From an uncultured Clostridia bacterium (GTDB lineage: Bacteria > Bacillota > Clostridia > Oscillospirales > Acutalibacteraceae): 64,000 bases of DNA. The translations under genes and the position numbers were made by a program. Below, in pieces: positions 18,334-27,488 of this stretch. The notes beneath the pieces were generated by a model that had not been told where the DNA came from, made no database searches, and saw nothing but the letters and a program-made list of their open reading frames with translations. Location: assembly GCA_947169745.1 (NCBI GenBank), contig CAMVQZ010000002.1:2208-66207 (forward strand), read 5' to 3'. How positions within the stretch are numbered: the first letter of the stretch is position 1; every line of letters starts with the position of its first letter.

Positions 18334-20209
18334 TATGAAACCAAAGGGACAGCTAAAAAATCCCGGAAAGGTCATTAAAAGACTTATGAGTTATCTCAGA
18401 GGATACAACCTGAGATTTGTTGTCGTTCTCATCTGTATCGTTATCAGCGCCGCGGCGGGAGCACTCAGCGCTATGTTCATCCAGATACTTATTGATGGAT
18501 ATATCGTTCCCCTGACGATGGCCAGTAACCCGGATTTTACCGGACTTCTCAGAATGATACTGATAATGGGCGCTGCCCTTCTCACAGGCGCTCTTGCCGG
18601 ACTTGCCTACAACAGAATAATGGTATCCATATCCCAGGGCATACAGAAAAAGATCAGGGACGAGATGTTTGAGCATATGCAAACCCTTCCGATCAGCTAT
18701 TTTGACACTCATTCCCACGGGGATATTATGAGTCATTATACAAATGATATTGATACCCTCCGGCAGATGATGTCTATCAGTCTCCCCCAGATGTTTTCCT
18801 CTGTAATTACAATCATAACTGTATTTGTGGCAATGATCACAATGAATCTCTATCTGACTCTCTTCGTACTCCTGTTTGTAGGAATAATGCTTTTCATAAC
18901 GAAAAAGATCGCCTCCAGGAGCGCTGTCAACTTTGTGGCTCAGCAAAAGGAGATCGGAGAGGTAAACGGCTTTATTGAAGAAATGATAAACGGTCAGAAG
19001 GTAGTAAAGGTTTTCTGTCACGAGGAGGAAGCCAAAAAGGATTTCGATGCCAGAAACGAAGCCCTGTGCAAAAGCGCCACAGCTGCCAATACTTATGCAA
19101 ACATCCTTATGCCCATTATGAATAATCTGGGAAATCTCCAGTATGTTCTGGTAGCAATAGTCGGGGGCGCATTGGCGTTTTTCGGACTGAGCCCTGTTAC
19201 GGCTGGTATTATTGCCTCCTTCCTTCAGCTGTCCAAAAACTTTACCAGACCCTTCAGCGAGATATCACAGCAGCTCAATGCTGTAATTATGGCTCTTGCC
19301 GGAGCAGAAAGAATATTTGAGCTGATGGACGAAAAAAGCGAGGAGGACAACGGTTATGTTACTCTCGTAAATGCCAGGTATGACGAATCAGATAATATCA
19401 CCGAAGCCGAAGAATGTACAGAAATGTGGGGCTGGAAGCATCCTCACGGAGACGGTACTCTGACATATACAAAGCTTACCGGAAATATCATGATGAATGA
19501 GGTGGATTTTGCATATGTTCCCGGAAAGACCGTTCTTCACAATGTCTCCCTCACAGCAAATCCGGGTCAGAAGATCGCATTTGTGGGAGCAACCGGTGCC
19601 GGAAAGACCACAATCACTAATCTCATAAACCGCTTCTATGATATTGAGGACGGAAAAATAAGATATGACGGGATAAACATAAACAAGATCAAAAAGCCGG
19701 ATCTGAGAAGATCTCTGGGGGTAGTCCTGCAGGATGTACATCTGTTCACGGGAACGGTAATGGAAAATATCCGTTACGGAAAGCTGGATGCTACGGATGA
19801 AGAATGCATTGCTGCGGCGAAGCTTGCAAATGCCCACGACTTTATCTCCATGCTCCCGGAGGGCTACAATACCGTCATCACCGGTGACGGCGGACAGCTC
19901 TCTCAGGGACAGTGTCAGCTCATATCCATCGCAAGAGCGGCTGTTGCCGATCCGCCGGTAATGATACTCGACGAAGCTACCTCCAGCATTGATACCAGGA
20001 CAGAAGCTCTGGTACAAAAGGGAATGGACGGTCTGATGTATGGCAGAACTGTATTTGTCATAGCTCACCGTCTGAGCACCGTCAGAAATTCCGACAAGAT
20101 CATGGTGCTTGACCTGGGTCGGGTCATCGAGTGCGGAACTCATGATGAACTGATCTCCCGGAAGGGAAAATATTATCAGCTCTACACAGGAGCCTTTGAG
20201 CTTTCATAA
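18326..20209 (+). CDS. ABC exporter, fused permease/ATPase (heterodimer subunit 2)
   Basis: Walker A GATGAGKTT, signature LSQGQCQL and Walker B VMILDEATSSID. Start ATG 18326 overlaps the upstream stop (ATGGCTGA). Confidence 0.9.
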   Translation: MADMKPKGQLKNPGKVIKRLMSYLRGYNLRFVVVLICIVISAAAGALSAMFIQILIDGYIVPLTMASNPDFTGLLRMILIMGAALLTGALAGLAYNRIMVSISQGIQKKIRDEMFEHMQTLPISYFDTHSHGDIMSHYTNDIDTLRQMMSISLPQMFSSVITIITVFVAMITMNLYLTLFVLLFVGIMLFITKKIASRSAVNFVAQQKEIGEVNGFIEEMINGQKVVKVFCHEEEAKKDFDARNEALCKSATAANTYANILMPIMNNLGNLQYVLVAIVGGALAFFGLSPVTAGIIASFLQLSKNFTRPFSEISQQLNAVIMALAGAERIFELMDEKSEEDNGYVTLVNARYDESDNITEAEECTEMWGWKHPHGDGTLTYTKLTGNIMMNEVDFAYVPGKTVLHNVSLTANPGQKIAFVGATGAGKTTITNLINRFYDIEDGKIRYDGININKIKKPDLRRSLGVVLQDVHLFTGTVMENIRYGKLDATDEECIAAAKLANAHDFISMLPEGYNTVITGDGGQLSQGQCQLISIARAAVADPPVMILDEATSSIDTRTEALVQKGMDGLMYGRTVFVIAHRLSTVRNSDKIMVLDLGRVIECGTHDELISRKGKYYQLYTGAFELS

Positions 20210-20217
20210 AAAAATCC

Positions 20218-20259
20218 GCCTGCGGAAACGGTTCTCGCCGTCAGCCGCAGGCTTTTTTT
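20218..20259. terminator. Bidirectional rho-independent terminator
   Basis: GCCTGCGG (20218-20225) pairs with CCGCAGGC (20245-20252), followed by a T7 run and preceded by an A-run. It lies between convergent genes. Confidence 0.75.
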
Positions 20260-20267
20260 CATAAGCT

Positions 20268-20531
20268 TTATTTATTTCTTCCGAAAAGAAGGAAATTCTT
20301 TTTATCAAAGGGCTCCACAGTGGTCGCCGTTACGATATATCCCAGAGGATCAAGCACCGCCCTGAGTTCCTCCATGGGTATCTCCTGATCTGTAACAATA
20401 ACTGTAGTATTCTTTCTGTAGGAGGATTTCACCTTGGAAATCTCCGGAAATTCACTGCGGATAGTTTCATTCACTCTCGCTTCGCACATACTGCAGCTCA
20501 TTCCCTCTATGCTCACCAGCATTTTTACCAT
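20268..20531 (-). CDS. Heavy-metal-associated (HMA) domain protein, CopZ-like
   Basis: 87 aa with the metal-binding motif GMSCSMCEARV in a ferredoxin-like fold pattern. Confidence 0.7.
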   Translation of the reverse strand: MVKMLVSIEGMSCSMCEARVNETIRSEFPEISKVKSSYRKNTTVIVTDQEIPMEELRAVLDPLGYIVTATTVEPFDKKNFLLFGRNK

Positions 20532-20558
20532 TTAACCTCACCGCGCTTTCAGAAAAAA

Positions 20559-21074
20559 TCAAAGCTCCTCAAATAACTCCTTATCATCCCTGTAGATGGT
20601 ATGTCTCTCGCTGGGCGCTGCATCCGGCGCCGCAAAGCCAAGAGGCATCAGCAAAACAGGACGTATATTATCCGGAAGCCCGAATTCCTTCGCCGTTTTC
20701 ATATTCGGGAAAACATTCACCCAGCATGAGCCTATACCCAGCTCCCATGCCCTCAGCATCATATGCACCGCAACTATAGATGCATCCTGCTGACCGGAGG
20801 TGAACTCTTCCTCATATGGATTATGCCACTCCCTGTCTGTATCTGCGGCTACCATCAGTACAGTTGTGGAACCAAATATACACCGGGAAAGACTGTTGAT
20901 CTTTTCAAGACCCTCTTTGCTCTTTATTACATAGACCCTGAAGGCCTGGGCATTGACTGCTGTGGGCGCTATTTTTCCGGCATACAGTATCTCCCTGAGC
21001 TTATCCTCCGGGACAGGCTCTCCGGTAAATTTCCTGACAGAATATCTTTGTTTTGCAAGCTCAATAAAATCCAT
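20559..21074 (-). CDS. Nitroreductase family protein
   Basis: N-terminus MDFIELAKQRYSVRKFTGEPVPEDKLREIL and the 171-aa size are typical of NAD(P)H-flavin nitroreductases. Confidence 0.8.
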   Translation of the reverse strand: MDFIELAKQRYSVRKFTGEPVPEDKLREILYAGKIAPTAVNAQAFRVYVIKSKEGLEKINSLSRCIFGSTTVLMVAADTDREWHNPYEEEFTSGQQDASIVAVHMMLRAWELGIGSCWVNVFPNMKTAKEFGLPDNIRPVLLMPLGFAAPDAAPSERHTIYRDDKELFEEL

Positions 21075-21092
21075 TTTATAACCTCCCTGAAA

Positions 21093-21896
21093 TTATTCCT
21101 CAAGATCTGATATATCTATATCAAAGACCCTGGATGCGTTTTTATAAAGTATCTTCCTCTGCTCCTCCTCGCTGAGATCAAGTCTCATAAAGGTCTCATA
21201 CTCCTTCTCCGGACTCCACATGGGATAATCTGAACCGAAAAGAAGTCTGTCTGCAGAATAAAGCCTGATATATTCCAGCGTTTTTTCTTCTCCGATAAAA
21301 GGCATCGTGCTGGAAATATCCATATAACAGTCAAGCTCTCTCATATACTGCACGGCTTCCTCAAATATTGACCAACCGCCCAGATGAGCTGCAACTACCT
21401 TCAGGTCGGGAAAGGCTTTCAGGATATTTACAAGCCTCCTGGGATGAGAACTGTCATACCGGTGATCTCCGCAGTGCATCAGTACCGGCAGACGTCCCTC
21501 AGCAGCTTCATATATCCTCATAGCTTCCCGGCAGTCCATATCAAAGCCCTGGCTGTCCGGGTGGAGCTTGATCCCCTTAAGTCCCAGGGATATGATCCTG
21601 TCTATCTCGCTTCTTACATCCTCCATCCCCGGGTGAAGCGTTCCGAGCGCAGTAAACTCCGGATGAGCGTCCTTTTCCTTTGCCATAAAATCATTAAGTC
21701 TCTTTACTGATGAGGGGCCGGGCGCTACTGCATTTACTACAAATCTCTTTACAGGGGATCTCCCGGCAATTTCTATGAGTTCATCGGAAATACCTGTACA
21801 GGCCATCTCCACCTCATAAAACTCCCCCACGCTCTGAACAGCCTTCGGTGCAAGCCTCTTTATATATATATGGTCATGACAGTCTATCGCAAACAT
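21093..21896 (-). CDS. Amidohydrolase (Amidohydro_2/TIM-barrel metal hydrolase) family protein
   Basis: IDCHDH metal-binding start, internal HCG and AAHLGG motifs, and C-terminal LLFGSDYP. Confidence 0.7.
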   Translation of the reverse strand: MFAIDCHDHIYIKRLAPKAVQSVGEFYEVEMACTGISDELIEIAGRSPVKRFVVNAVAPGPSSVKRLNDFMAKEKDAHPEFTALGTLHPGMEDVRSEIDRIISLGLKGIKLHPDSQGFDMDCREAMRIYEAAEGRLPVLMHCGDHRYDSSHPRRLVNILKAFPDLKVVAAHLGGWSIFEEAVQYMRELDCYMDISSTMPFIGEEKTLEYIRLYSADRLLFGSDYPMWSPEKEYETFMRLDLSEEEQRKILYKNASRVFDIDISDLEE

Positions 21897-21965
21897 CCCA
21901 TCTCTCCTCTCTGCGCATTTATTCTATACCCTATTCTATATCCTCCCCCACCCCCTTGTCAACCC

Positions 21966-22256
21966 AGGCAGCGTCGGCAGCGTGACGCTGCACCCGTGTT
22001 CGCGTTATCGCTCGTTTGCACTCGCTCTGTCGTGCGTACATAAACTACCGTCGCGCGGCATCCGGCGCTCATTTCCTTAGTCAATACTCCCACCCTCCGC
22101 CGCCGCAGCCTGTGCAGGCTGCTTTTCGCGGCTGGTTTACTTTAACTTCTGGCTTTTCAATCTTCTGACAGCGAGCGCCTGTTTCTCCCAGAATTATTTT
22201 ACACAAACCGTCGGCAGCGTCGACGCTGCACCCGTGTTCGCGGTGCGTGCTCGCAC
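21966..22256. repeat. Mosaic intergenic repeat, family 1, copy B (longest; the palindrome module is present at both ends)
   Basis: GGCAGCGTGACGCTGCACCCGTGTTCGCG at the left end recurs as GGCAGCGTCGACGCTGCACCCGTGTTCGCG near 22211. The internal modules are collinear with copy C (51446-51660). Confidence 0.85.
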
Positions 22257-22329
22257 ATAAAAATTCTTTTCTTGACAAAAAATGAGTATTGTGATAGTTT
22301 TAGAATATAAATAATCATGAGGTGATCTA

Positions 22330-22860
22330 ATGAATAATCAGCGGCCGAATCAGCAGCCCTATCAGCAGCAATACCAGCAGCCTTATCAGCAGCCTTATCA
22401 GCAGCAGTACCAGCAACCCTATCAGCAGCCCTACCAGCAGCAGATAATGCAGCCTGCACCTATGCGTAAGCTTGGCACCAGCAGGAGCCTCCTTCTTTTT
22501 ATTCTTCTCAGCGCTCTCACCTTCGGGATCTATGGTCTTATTGTGATGTATTCCCTGTCGGAAGATCTCAACTATATAGCGTCACGATATGACGGAAGGA
22601 AAACAATGAATTTCCTTCTGATGGCGCTTATTGTTTCACCGCTTACCTTTGGTATCGGAGGAATTGTATGGTTCCACAATATTTCCGACCGTATCGGGAA
22701 CGAGCTCCGGAGACGAAATATTTATTATAGCTTCGGCGCAGGATCATACTGGGGCTGGGGCGTACTTGGAGCGTTAATACTTATCGGACCCTTTGTATAC
22801 TATCACAAGCTCTTTAAATCTATGAATCTTCTCAGCGAAAGCTTCAATATGTATGGCTGA
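22330..22860 (+). CDS. DUF4234-like membrane protein with an N-terminal (Q-Q-P-Y)n low-complexity region
   Basis: TM segments carry the TFGIYGL and TFGIGGIVW motifs typical of DUF4234. Residues 4-37 are Q/P/Y tandem repeats. Confidence 0.6.
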   Translation: MNNQRPNQQPYQQQYQQPYQQPYQQQYQQPYQQPYQQQIMQPAPMRKLGTSRSLLLFILLSALTFGIYGLIVMYSLSEDLNYIASRYDGRKTMNFLLMALIVSPLTFGIGGIVWFHNISDRIGNELRRRNIYYSFGAGSYWGWGVLGALILIGPFVYYHKLFKSMNLLSESFNMYG

Positions 22861-22873
22861 AAAAAAGCCTTAC

Positions 22874-22901
22874 GCCGTCCGGATTCCCGGGCGGTTTTTT
22901 T
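22874..22901 (+). terminator. Rho-independent terminator
   Basis: CCGTCCGG pairs with CCGGGCGG (one G-U pair), followed by a T7 run, just after the stop at 22860. Confidence 0.65.
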
Positions 22902-22969
22902 ATGCACCTCCGCAGAAAAATCAAAGCCACAAAGCAACTCTGGCTCTGTGGCTTAATTTTTATAACTTA

Positions 22970-24301
22970 TTATTTTGTCACTGTCACCCTGCAGACTGCT
23001 GTCTTGCCGTTTGTGCTTTTAACAGTCACGGTGGTTGTACCCACAGACTTGCCTGTAACCTTTCCGTATGAAACTGTTGCGATCTTCGGATCTGCGACCG
23101 TACATTTTACAGACTTGTCTGTTGCGTTTGAAGGGGAAACCGAGGTGTGAAGCTGAACGCTCTGTCCCACCTTCAGCGTTACACTGCTTGTATTGATATT
23201 GACCTTTGTCACAGGCACAGGGTTCACAACTGTCACCTTGCAGACTGCTGTCTTACCGTTTGTACTCTTTACTGTCACCGTTGTTGTACCCACAGCCTTA
23301 CCTGTGACCTTTCCGTATGAAACTGTTGCAATTTTCGGATCAGCAACCGTACATTTCACAGACTTGTCTGTTGCGTTTGAAGGGGAAACCGAGGTATGGA
23401 GCTGAACGCTCTGTCCCTTTGCGATAGTCACACTGCTTGTATTGATATTGACCTTTGTCACAGGCACAGGGTTCACAACTGTCACCTTGCAGACTGCCGT
23501 CTTACCGTTTGTGCTTTTAACAGTCACGCTGGTTGTACCCGCAGACTTGCCTGTAACCTTAGCATATGATACTGTCGCTATCTTCGGATCCTTTACTGAA
23601 CATTTAACAGACTTATCTGTTGCATTGGAGGGAGATACCGAGGTATGAAGCTGGACGCTTTGTCCCTTAACGAGAGTTACACTGGTCTTGTCGATATTGA
23701 CTTTGGTAACCGGGATACCATCGCCCACCTTGATAGTACAAAGAGCCTTCTGACCAGAAGCAGTTTTCGCCGAGATAACTGCCGAGCCGTTTTTCTTTGC
23801 AGTAACCTTGCCGTTGCTGTCCACAGAAACCACATCTGAATTTGAAGACGACCAGACAAGCTTTCCGGTACTGTTTTTAACGAGTGCCTTCAGAAGAGTG
23901 CTCTGTCCCTTTTTCATATTAAGCGAAGCTGTATTGAGCTTTATCTCTACAGGCGGTTTTTTTACCTCAAATGTCTTTTTGATACTTCTTCCGTCAGGGA
24001 AGGTAACCACCAGATCGAAGCTTCCCTCTCCGGTGACAGAAATGGTATTACCGGATCTTTTCAATACCTTATCATTGGAGGGGATGATCTGATACTTAAT
24101 GCCGGTTATCCTGGATACCACCGCAGGAAGCTTATAGGTCTTTCCAAGTATTACAGTTGCCCCCGAACCGTTTATAGGAAGCTCGATACTGACATCAGAA
24201 TCAACACTCCCGGATGCCGCAGAGACCCCGCCGGAAACAGGAATGATCATAGCCGCTGCAAGTAAGACAGATGCAATGCCTTTGAATAATTTATTGTTCA
24301 T
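22970..24301 (-). CDS. Secreted Big_2 (bacterial Ig-like group 2) repeat protein
   Basis: Signal peptide MNNKLFKGIASVLLAAAMIIPVSGGVSAASG, taken from ATG 24301 (GAGGATGG RBS upstream). Followed by four or more Big_2 units. Confidence 0.85.
   Translation of the reverse strand: MNNKLFKGIASVLLAAAMIIPVSGGVSAASGSVDSDVSIELPINGSGATVILGKTYKLPAVVSRITGIKYQIIPSNDKVLKRSGNTISVTGEGSFDLVVTFPDGRSIKKTFEVKKPPVEIKLNTASLNMKKGQSTLLKALVKNSTGKLVWSSSNSDVVSVDSNGKVTAKKNGSAVISAKTASGQKALCTIKVGDGIPVTKVNIDKTSVTLVKGQSVQLHTSVSPSNATDKSVKCSVKDPKIATVSYAKVTGKSAGTTSVTVKSTNGKTAVCKVTVVNPVPVTKVNINTSSVTIAKGQSVQLHTSVSPSNATDKSVKCTVADPKIATVSYGKVTGKAVGTTTVTVKSTNGKTAVCKVTVVNPVPVTKVNINTSSVTLKVGQSVQLHTSVSPSNATDKSVKCTVADPKIATVSYGKVTGKSVGTTTVTVKSTNGKTAVCRVTVTK
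22973..23715. repeat. Three tandem ~249-bp (83-aa) near-identical Big_2 units
   Basis: Plus-strand shadow ORFs at 23193 and 23442 begin with identical peptides at an offset of 249 bp. The protein unit VTKVNI..SSVT..GQSVQLHTSVSPSNATDKSVKC.V.DPKIATVSY.KVTGK..GTT.VTVKSTNGKTAVC.VTV occurs three times. Confidence 0.85.
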
Positions 24302-24514
24302 TTCTATCCATCCTCTCATATTTCTGTTAAGGATACACTGAAATAATCCAGCGCCTGCATTGTGCAGGATGACGCAAAACAACGCAGGCATAAAAGGTTA
24401 TGAGCCGTGATATGTTCAGTGCTTCCTTAATACTATTCTATTATTTTTCATTCCAAAAATCAAGTTTCATACCCTCAGGTTTATACGAAATCACCCTTTT
24501 GTATAGAAAGCCTG

Positions 24515-26038
24515 TCATTTCCAGTATTTTGAATCAAGGGACCGGTACTGTATGGATTCATAGATATGTTCCTTTTTTATAACCTCTGAATCATCCATAT
24601 CAGCAATTGTCCTGGCGACCTTTAATATCCTGTCATAAGCCCTTGCAGAAAGGCCTATAGAATCAAAGGAACGTCTGATAGTTTCCTTTGCATCCGGAGT
24701 CATAGGACAGACCTTATTCAGAAGAGCGGGAGTTATCCTTGCATTGCAGGTTATCCCTGTACCCCTGAATCTTTCATTCTGTATTCTTCTGACTTTATCC
24801 ACTCTCTTTTTTATCTCGGAGGAAGGCTCCGCCTTTTCGCTTGAGGATATATCCTCAAAGCCCACCGGAGGCACCTCCACATGAAGATCAAGTCTGTCCA
24901 GAAGCGGACCGGAAACCTTTGCGAGATAGGAAGCCACTGCCCCCTTTCCGCAGGTACATTTCCTTGACGGATGTCCGAAATAGCCGCAGGGACACGGGTT
25001 CATTGCAGCGATAAGCATAATGGAGCAGGGATATGTCAGAGTTGCCTGGACTCTGGAAATAGTGACCTTTCCGTCCTCTACCGGCTGGCGAAGAATCTCC
25101 ATTGCACTGCGGGTAAATTCCGGAAGCTCATCCAGAAAAAGCACCCCGTTATGCGCAAGGGATATTTCACCGGGACGAGGCACGCTTCCGCCTCCGGAAA
25201 GTCCGGCAGGAGAAACTGTATGATGCGGGCTCCTGAATGGTCTTTCACATACCACGGCGGTATCCTCAGGGAGCGCACCGGAAATAGAATGTATCTTTGA
25301 TGTTTCGATCATTTCCTCAAATGTCATATCCGGAAGTATTGTAGGCACTCTTTTTGCAAGCATTGATTTGCCTGCTCCGGGGCTTCCTATAAGCAGAACA
25401 TTATGTCCCCCGGAGGCGGCTATTTCCAGAGCTCGCTTTACCTCAAACTGCCCCCTGACATCCGAAAAATCAACATTGTAGGGTTTTTGAATATTTACAG
25501 GATTGAAAAACGGCGCAGGCTCTATGCACTTATCATTTCTCAGATGTCGGATCAGTTCCCTTACATTATTGACAGGATAAATATTGATATCGCCGACAAC
25601 AGCAGCCTCCCTGGCATTCACAGCCGGAACAAAGAAATTTTTATATCCCTTTTCCTTTGCAGCTATGCACATAGGGAGAACTCCGTTAACAGGCCTTATC
25701 TCTCCCGAAAGAGCCACCTCTCCTACAAACACGCTGTCACTGAAGCCTGATTTCAGCTGACCGCTTGCATACATTATCGAGATGAGCATCGGAAGGTCAT
25801 ACACAGAGCCTATCTTTTTTCTGTCGGCAGGAGCAAGATTGACCACGATCCTCTGCATCGGGAAATCAAATCCGCTGTTTTTTATTGCTGATCTTACTCT
25901 GTCCCTTGCCTCTTTTATCGAAGCATCCGGCAGACCTACAATATCAAAGGCCGGGATTCCTCTGGAAATATCCGTCTCGACCCGTACCTCATATGCATCC
26001 AGACCAAAAAGTCCCATACTGTTTATAAATACTACCAT
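24515..26038 (-). CDS. comM: Mg-chelatase-like AAA+ protein YifB/ComM
   Basis: Lon-protease-like N-domain, Walker A LLIGSPGAGKS, Walker B VLFLDELPEF and a C-terminal ChlI domain. Start taken at ATG 26038 with an AAGGTGA RBS. Confidence 0.9.
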   Translation of the reverse strand: MVVFINSMGLFGLDAYEVRVETDISRGIPAFDIVGLPDASIKEARDRVRSAIKNSGFDFPMQRIVVNLAPADRKKIGSVYDLPMLISIMYASGQLKSGFSDSVFVGEVALSGEIRPVNGVLPMCIAAKEKGYKNFFVPAVNAREAAVVGDINIYPVNNVRELIRHLRNDKCIEPAPFFNPVNIQKPYNVDFSDVRGQFEVKRALEIAASGGHNVLLIGSPGAGKSMLAKRVPTILPDMTFEEMIETSKIHSISGALPEDTAVVCERPFRSPHHTVSPAGLSGGGSVPRPGEISLAHNGVLFLDELPEFTRSAMEILRQPVEDGKVTISRVQATLTYPCSIMLIAAMNPCPCGYFGHPSRKCTCGKGAVASYLAKVSGPLLDRLDLHVEVPPVGFEDISSSEKAEPSSEIKKRVDKVRRIQNERFRGTGITCNARITPALLNKVCPMTPDAKETIRRSFDSIGLSARAYDRILKVARTIADMDDSEVIKKEHIYESIQYRSLDSKYWK

Positions 26039-26355
26039 ATCATTCACCTTGAATATCCGGAAAATAACCAACCGGCATCCTGCGCTGAGTTCTCCGGTTT
26101 GATCTCAGTAACAACCACTGTGACAATTATATAACATCTCAGAATAATGCGCAACGATACGGCAAAATCCGACTGATGTTTTGTCGTATTATACAAATAA
26201 GTAAGGTCTGTAATTGTGTAAAACATTGAAAATATTATTTTTTTCAATCAGACGTGTAACTAAAATCAAATTGTGATAATACACAAATCAAAAGCTGTCT
26301 TTTATATCAAACCTCCAAAAATTTATATATTTTGAATTATGTATAGAAAATCTCA

Positions 26356-26384
26356 TTGACTTATTGAAAAAAATAGTGTATTAT
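26356..26384 (+). promoter_or_regulatory. Sigma-A type promoter for the sigma-factor gene
   Basis: TTGACT (26356-26361), a 17-bp spacer, then TATTAT (26379-26384). Its position argues against the track start at 26364. Confidence 0.45.
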
Positions 26385-26414
26385 TTTAGTGTACGAATAA
26401 ATTTGAGAGGTGTG

Positions 26415-27005
26415 TTGATCCTGGTTTTTGAGGTTTCAGAAAAGTTTAAAGGACTTAGTGATGAAGTACTGGCCTCAATGTATAAGGGAGGATCTCAGGA
26501 AGCCTTCAATGAATTGTTTGTGCGGTATCTTTCTGTGATAAGAAAAAAAGCGCTGGATCTTTCCGGCACAGGAATTGACCATGATGATCTCTTTCAGGAA
26601 GGATTAATCGGGCTTCACAGTGCAGCCAGATCCTATTGCAGGGATGGCGGCGCAGGCTTTGGCACATATGCAGACATCTGTATCCGTAACAGGATGATCT
26701 CTGCAGTAAGAAGCGCCAACAGCTCCCGTAATTCTCTGAACAATGCTGCGCTCCCCCTGACAGAAGATCATAATGACATCGCTGCGCCAGATTCCGATCC
26801 CGATGATATCCTCATCGCCGGAGAAGAACTGAGGGAGTTTTCAAAAAAGCTCCGGGATGCTCTCAGCGAACAGGAGAAAAGGGTTCTTGCGCTTTATATT
26901 GAAGGAAAGACATATAAGGAGATCTCGGACTGCATGGGGATAACAGTCAAATCCTGCAGCAATGCCATGCAGAGAGCAAGAAAAAAACTCAGGGATCTCA
27001 GATGA
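26415..27005 (+). CDS. Sigma-70 family RNA polymerase sigma factor, SigH-like
   Basis: Region 2 DLFQEGLIGLHSAARSY...FGTYADICIRNRMISAVRS and region 4 LSEQEKRVLALYIEGKTYKEISDCMGITVKSCSNAMQRARKKL align by eye with Bacillus SigH. The start is uncertain: GTG 26412 or TTG 26415, after a GAGAGG RBS. Confidence 0.75.
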   Translation: MILVFEVSEKFKGLSDEVLASMYKGGSQEAFNELFVRYLSVIRKKALDLSGTGIDHDDLFQEGLIGLHSAARSYCRDGGAGFGTYADICIRNRMISAVRSANSSRNSLNNAALPLTEDHNDIAAPDSDPDDILIAGEELREFSKKLRDALSEQEKRVLALYIEGKTYKEISDCMGITVKSCSNAMQRARKKLRDLR

Positions 27006-27111
27006 TCGTGCCCGTGTAGCTTATTTCAGCAGAGCGTTGACATTATTCAAAGGTGGCGGTGCAATTCCGTCCAAGGGCAAACTATTATTATACCAAAGCG
27101 AGGTAAAACAA

Positions 27112-27393
27112 ATGTACGAGGATAAGACTTTAGTATGTAAAGAATGCGGTCAGGAGTTCGTATTCACAGCTGGTGAGCAGGAGTTCTATGCTTCAAAGGG
27201 ATTTGAAAACGAACCCCAGAGATGCAAGGCTTGCCGTACTGCAAGAAAGAACGCTCAGAGACCTGAACGCGAAATGTTCACCGGAGTTTGCGCAGCATGT
27301 GGAAAGGAAGCAACTGTTCCCTTCAAGCCCAGGGAGGATCGCCCTGTATACTGCAGCGATTGCTTTGCAAAGATGAAAGAGGAGCAGGAATAA
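27112..27393 (+). CDS. Zinc-ribbon protein, CxxC-x17-CxxC type (two CxxC pairs repeated)
   Basis: CKECGQEFVFTAGEQEFYASKGFENEPQRCKAC and CAACGKEATVPFKPREDRPVYCSDC. Start ATG 27112 follows a GAGG RBS. Confidence 0.75.
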   Translation: MYEDKTLVCKECGQEFVFTAGEQEFYASKGFENEPQRCKACRTARKNAQRPEREMFTGVCAACGKEATVPFKPREDRPVYCSDCFAKMKEEQE

Positions 27394-27488
27394 TACTTTA
27401 TTGCAGCTCAGAGCGTTTCGGTTGTCGAGGCGCTCTTTTCTTCTCAGAAAACAAAGTAACTGTAACCAGAGACAGGAGCTGAGTGTAT

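Noticed and set aside
18353-20143. 222-aa and 251-aa minus-strand ORFs antisense to the second ABC transporter gene
   Set aside because: These are shadow ORFs within a motif-complete ABC gene, and there is no independent support.
22081-22278. Small ORFs inside family-1 repeats (5070-5300, 22081-22278, 51517-51732) sharing peptide fragments such as AAC.GCGGGG.EY
   Set aside because: Conservation is at the nucleotide level, including non-coding flanks and an inverted copy. Start and stop positions differ between copies, and I found no RBS. I treat these regions as non-coding repeats.
24302-24391. 30-aa N-terminal extension of the Big_2 protein (track start 24391)
   Set aside because: The internal ATG at 24301 has a proper RBS and begins a canonical signal peptide. 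The extension has neither.
26364-26414. Track start (TTG 26364) for the sigma-factor gene
   Set aside because: A good -35/-10 promoter (26356-26384) overlaps it, so this codon is probably untranscribed or in the leader. The encoded MKKIVYYFSVRINL is AT-rich junk. The GAGAGG RBS points to a start at 26412 or 26415.
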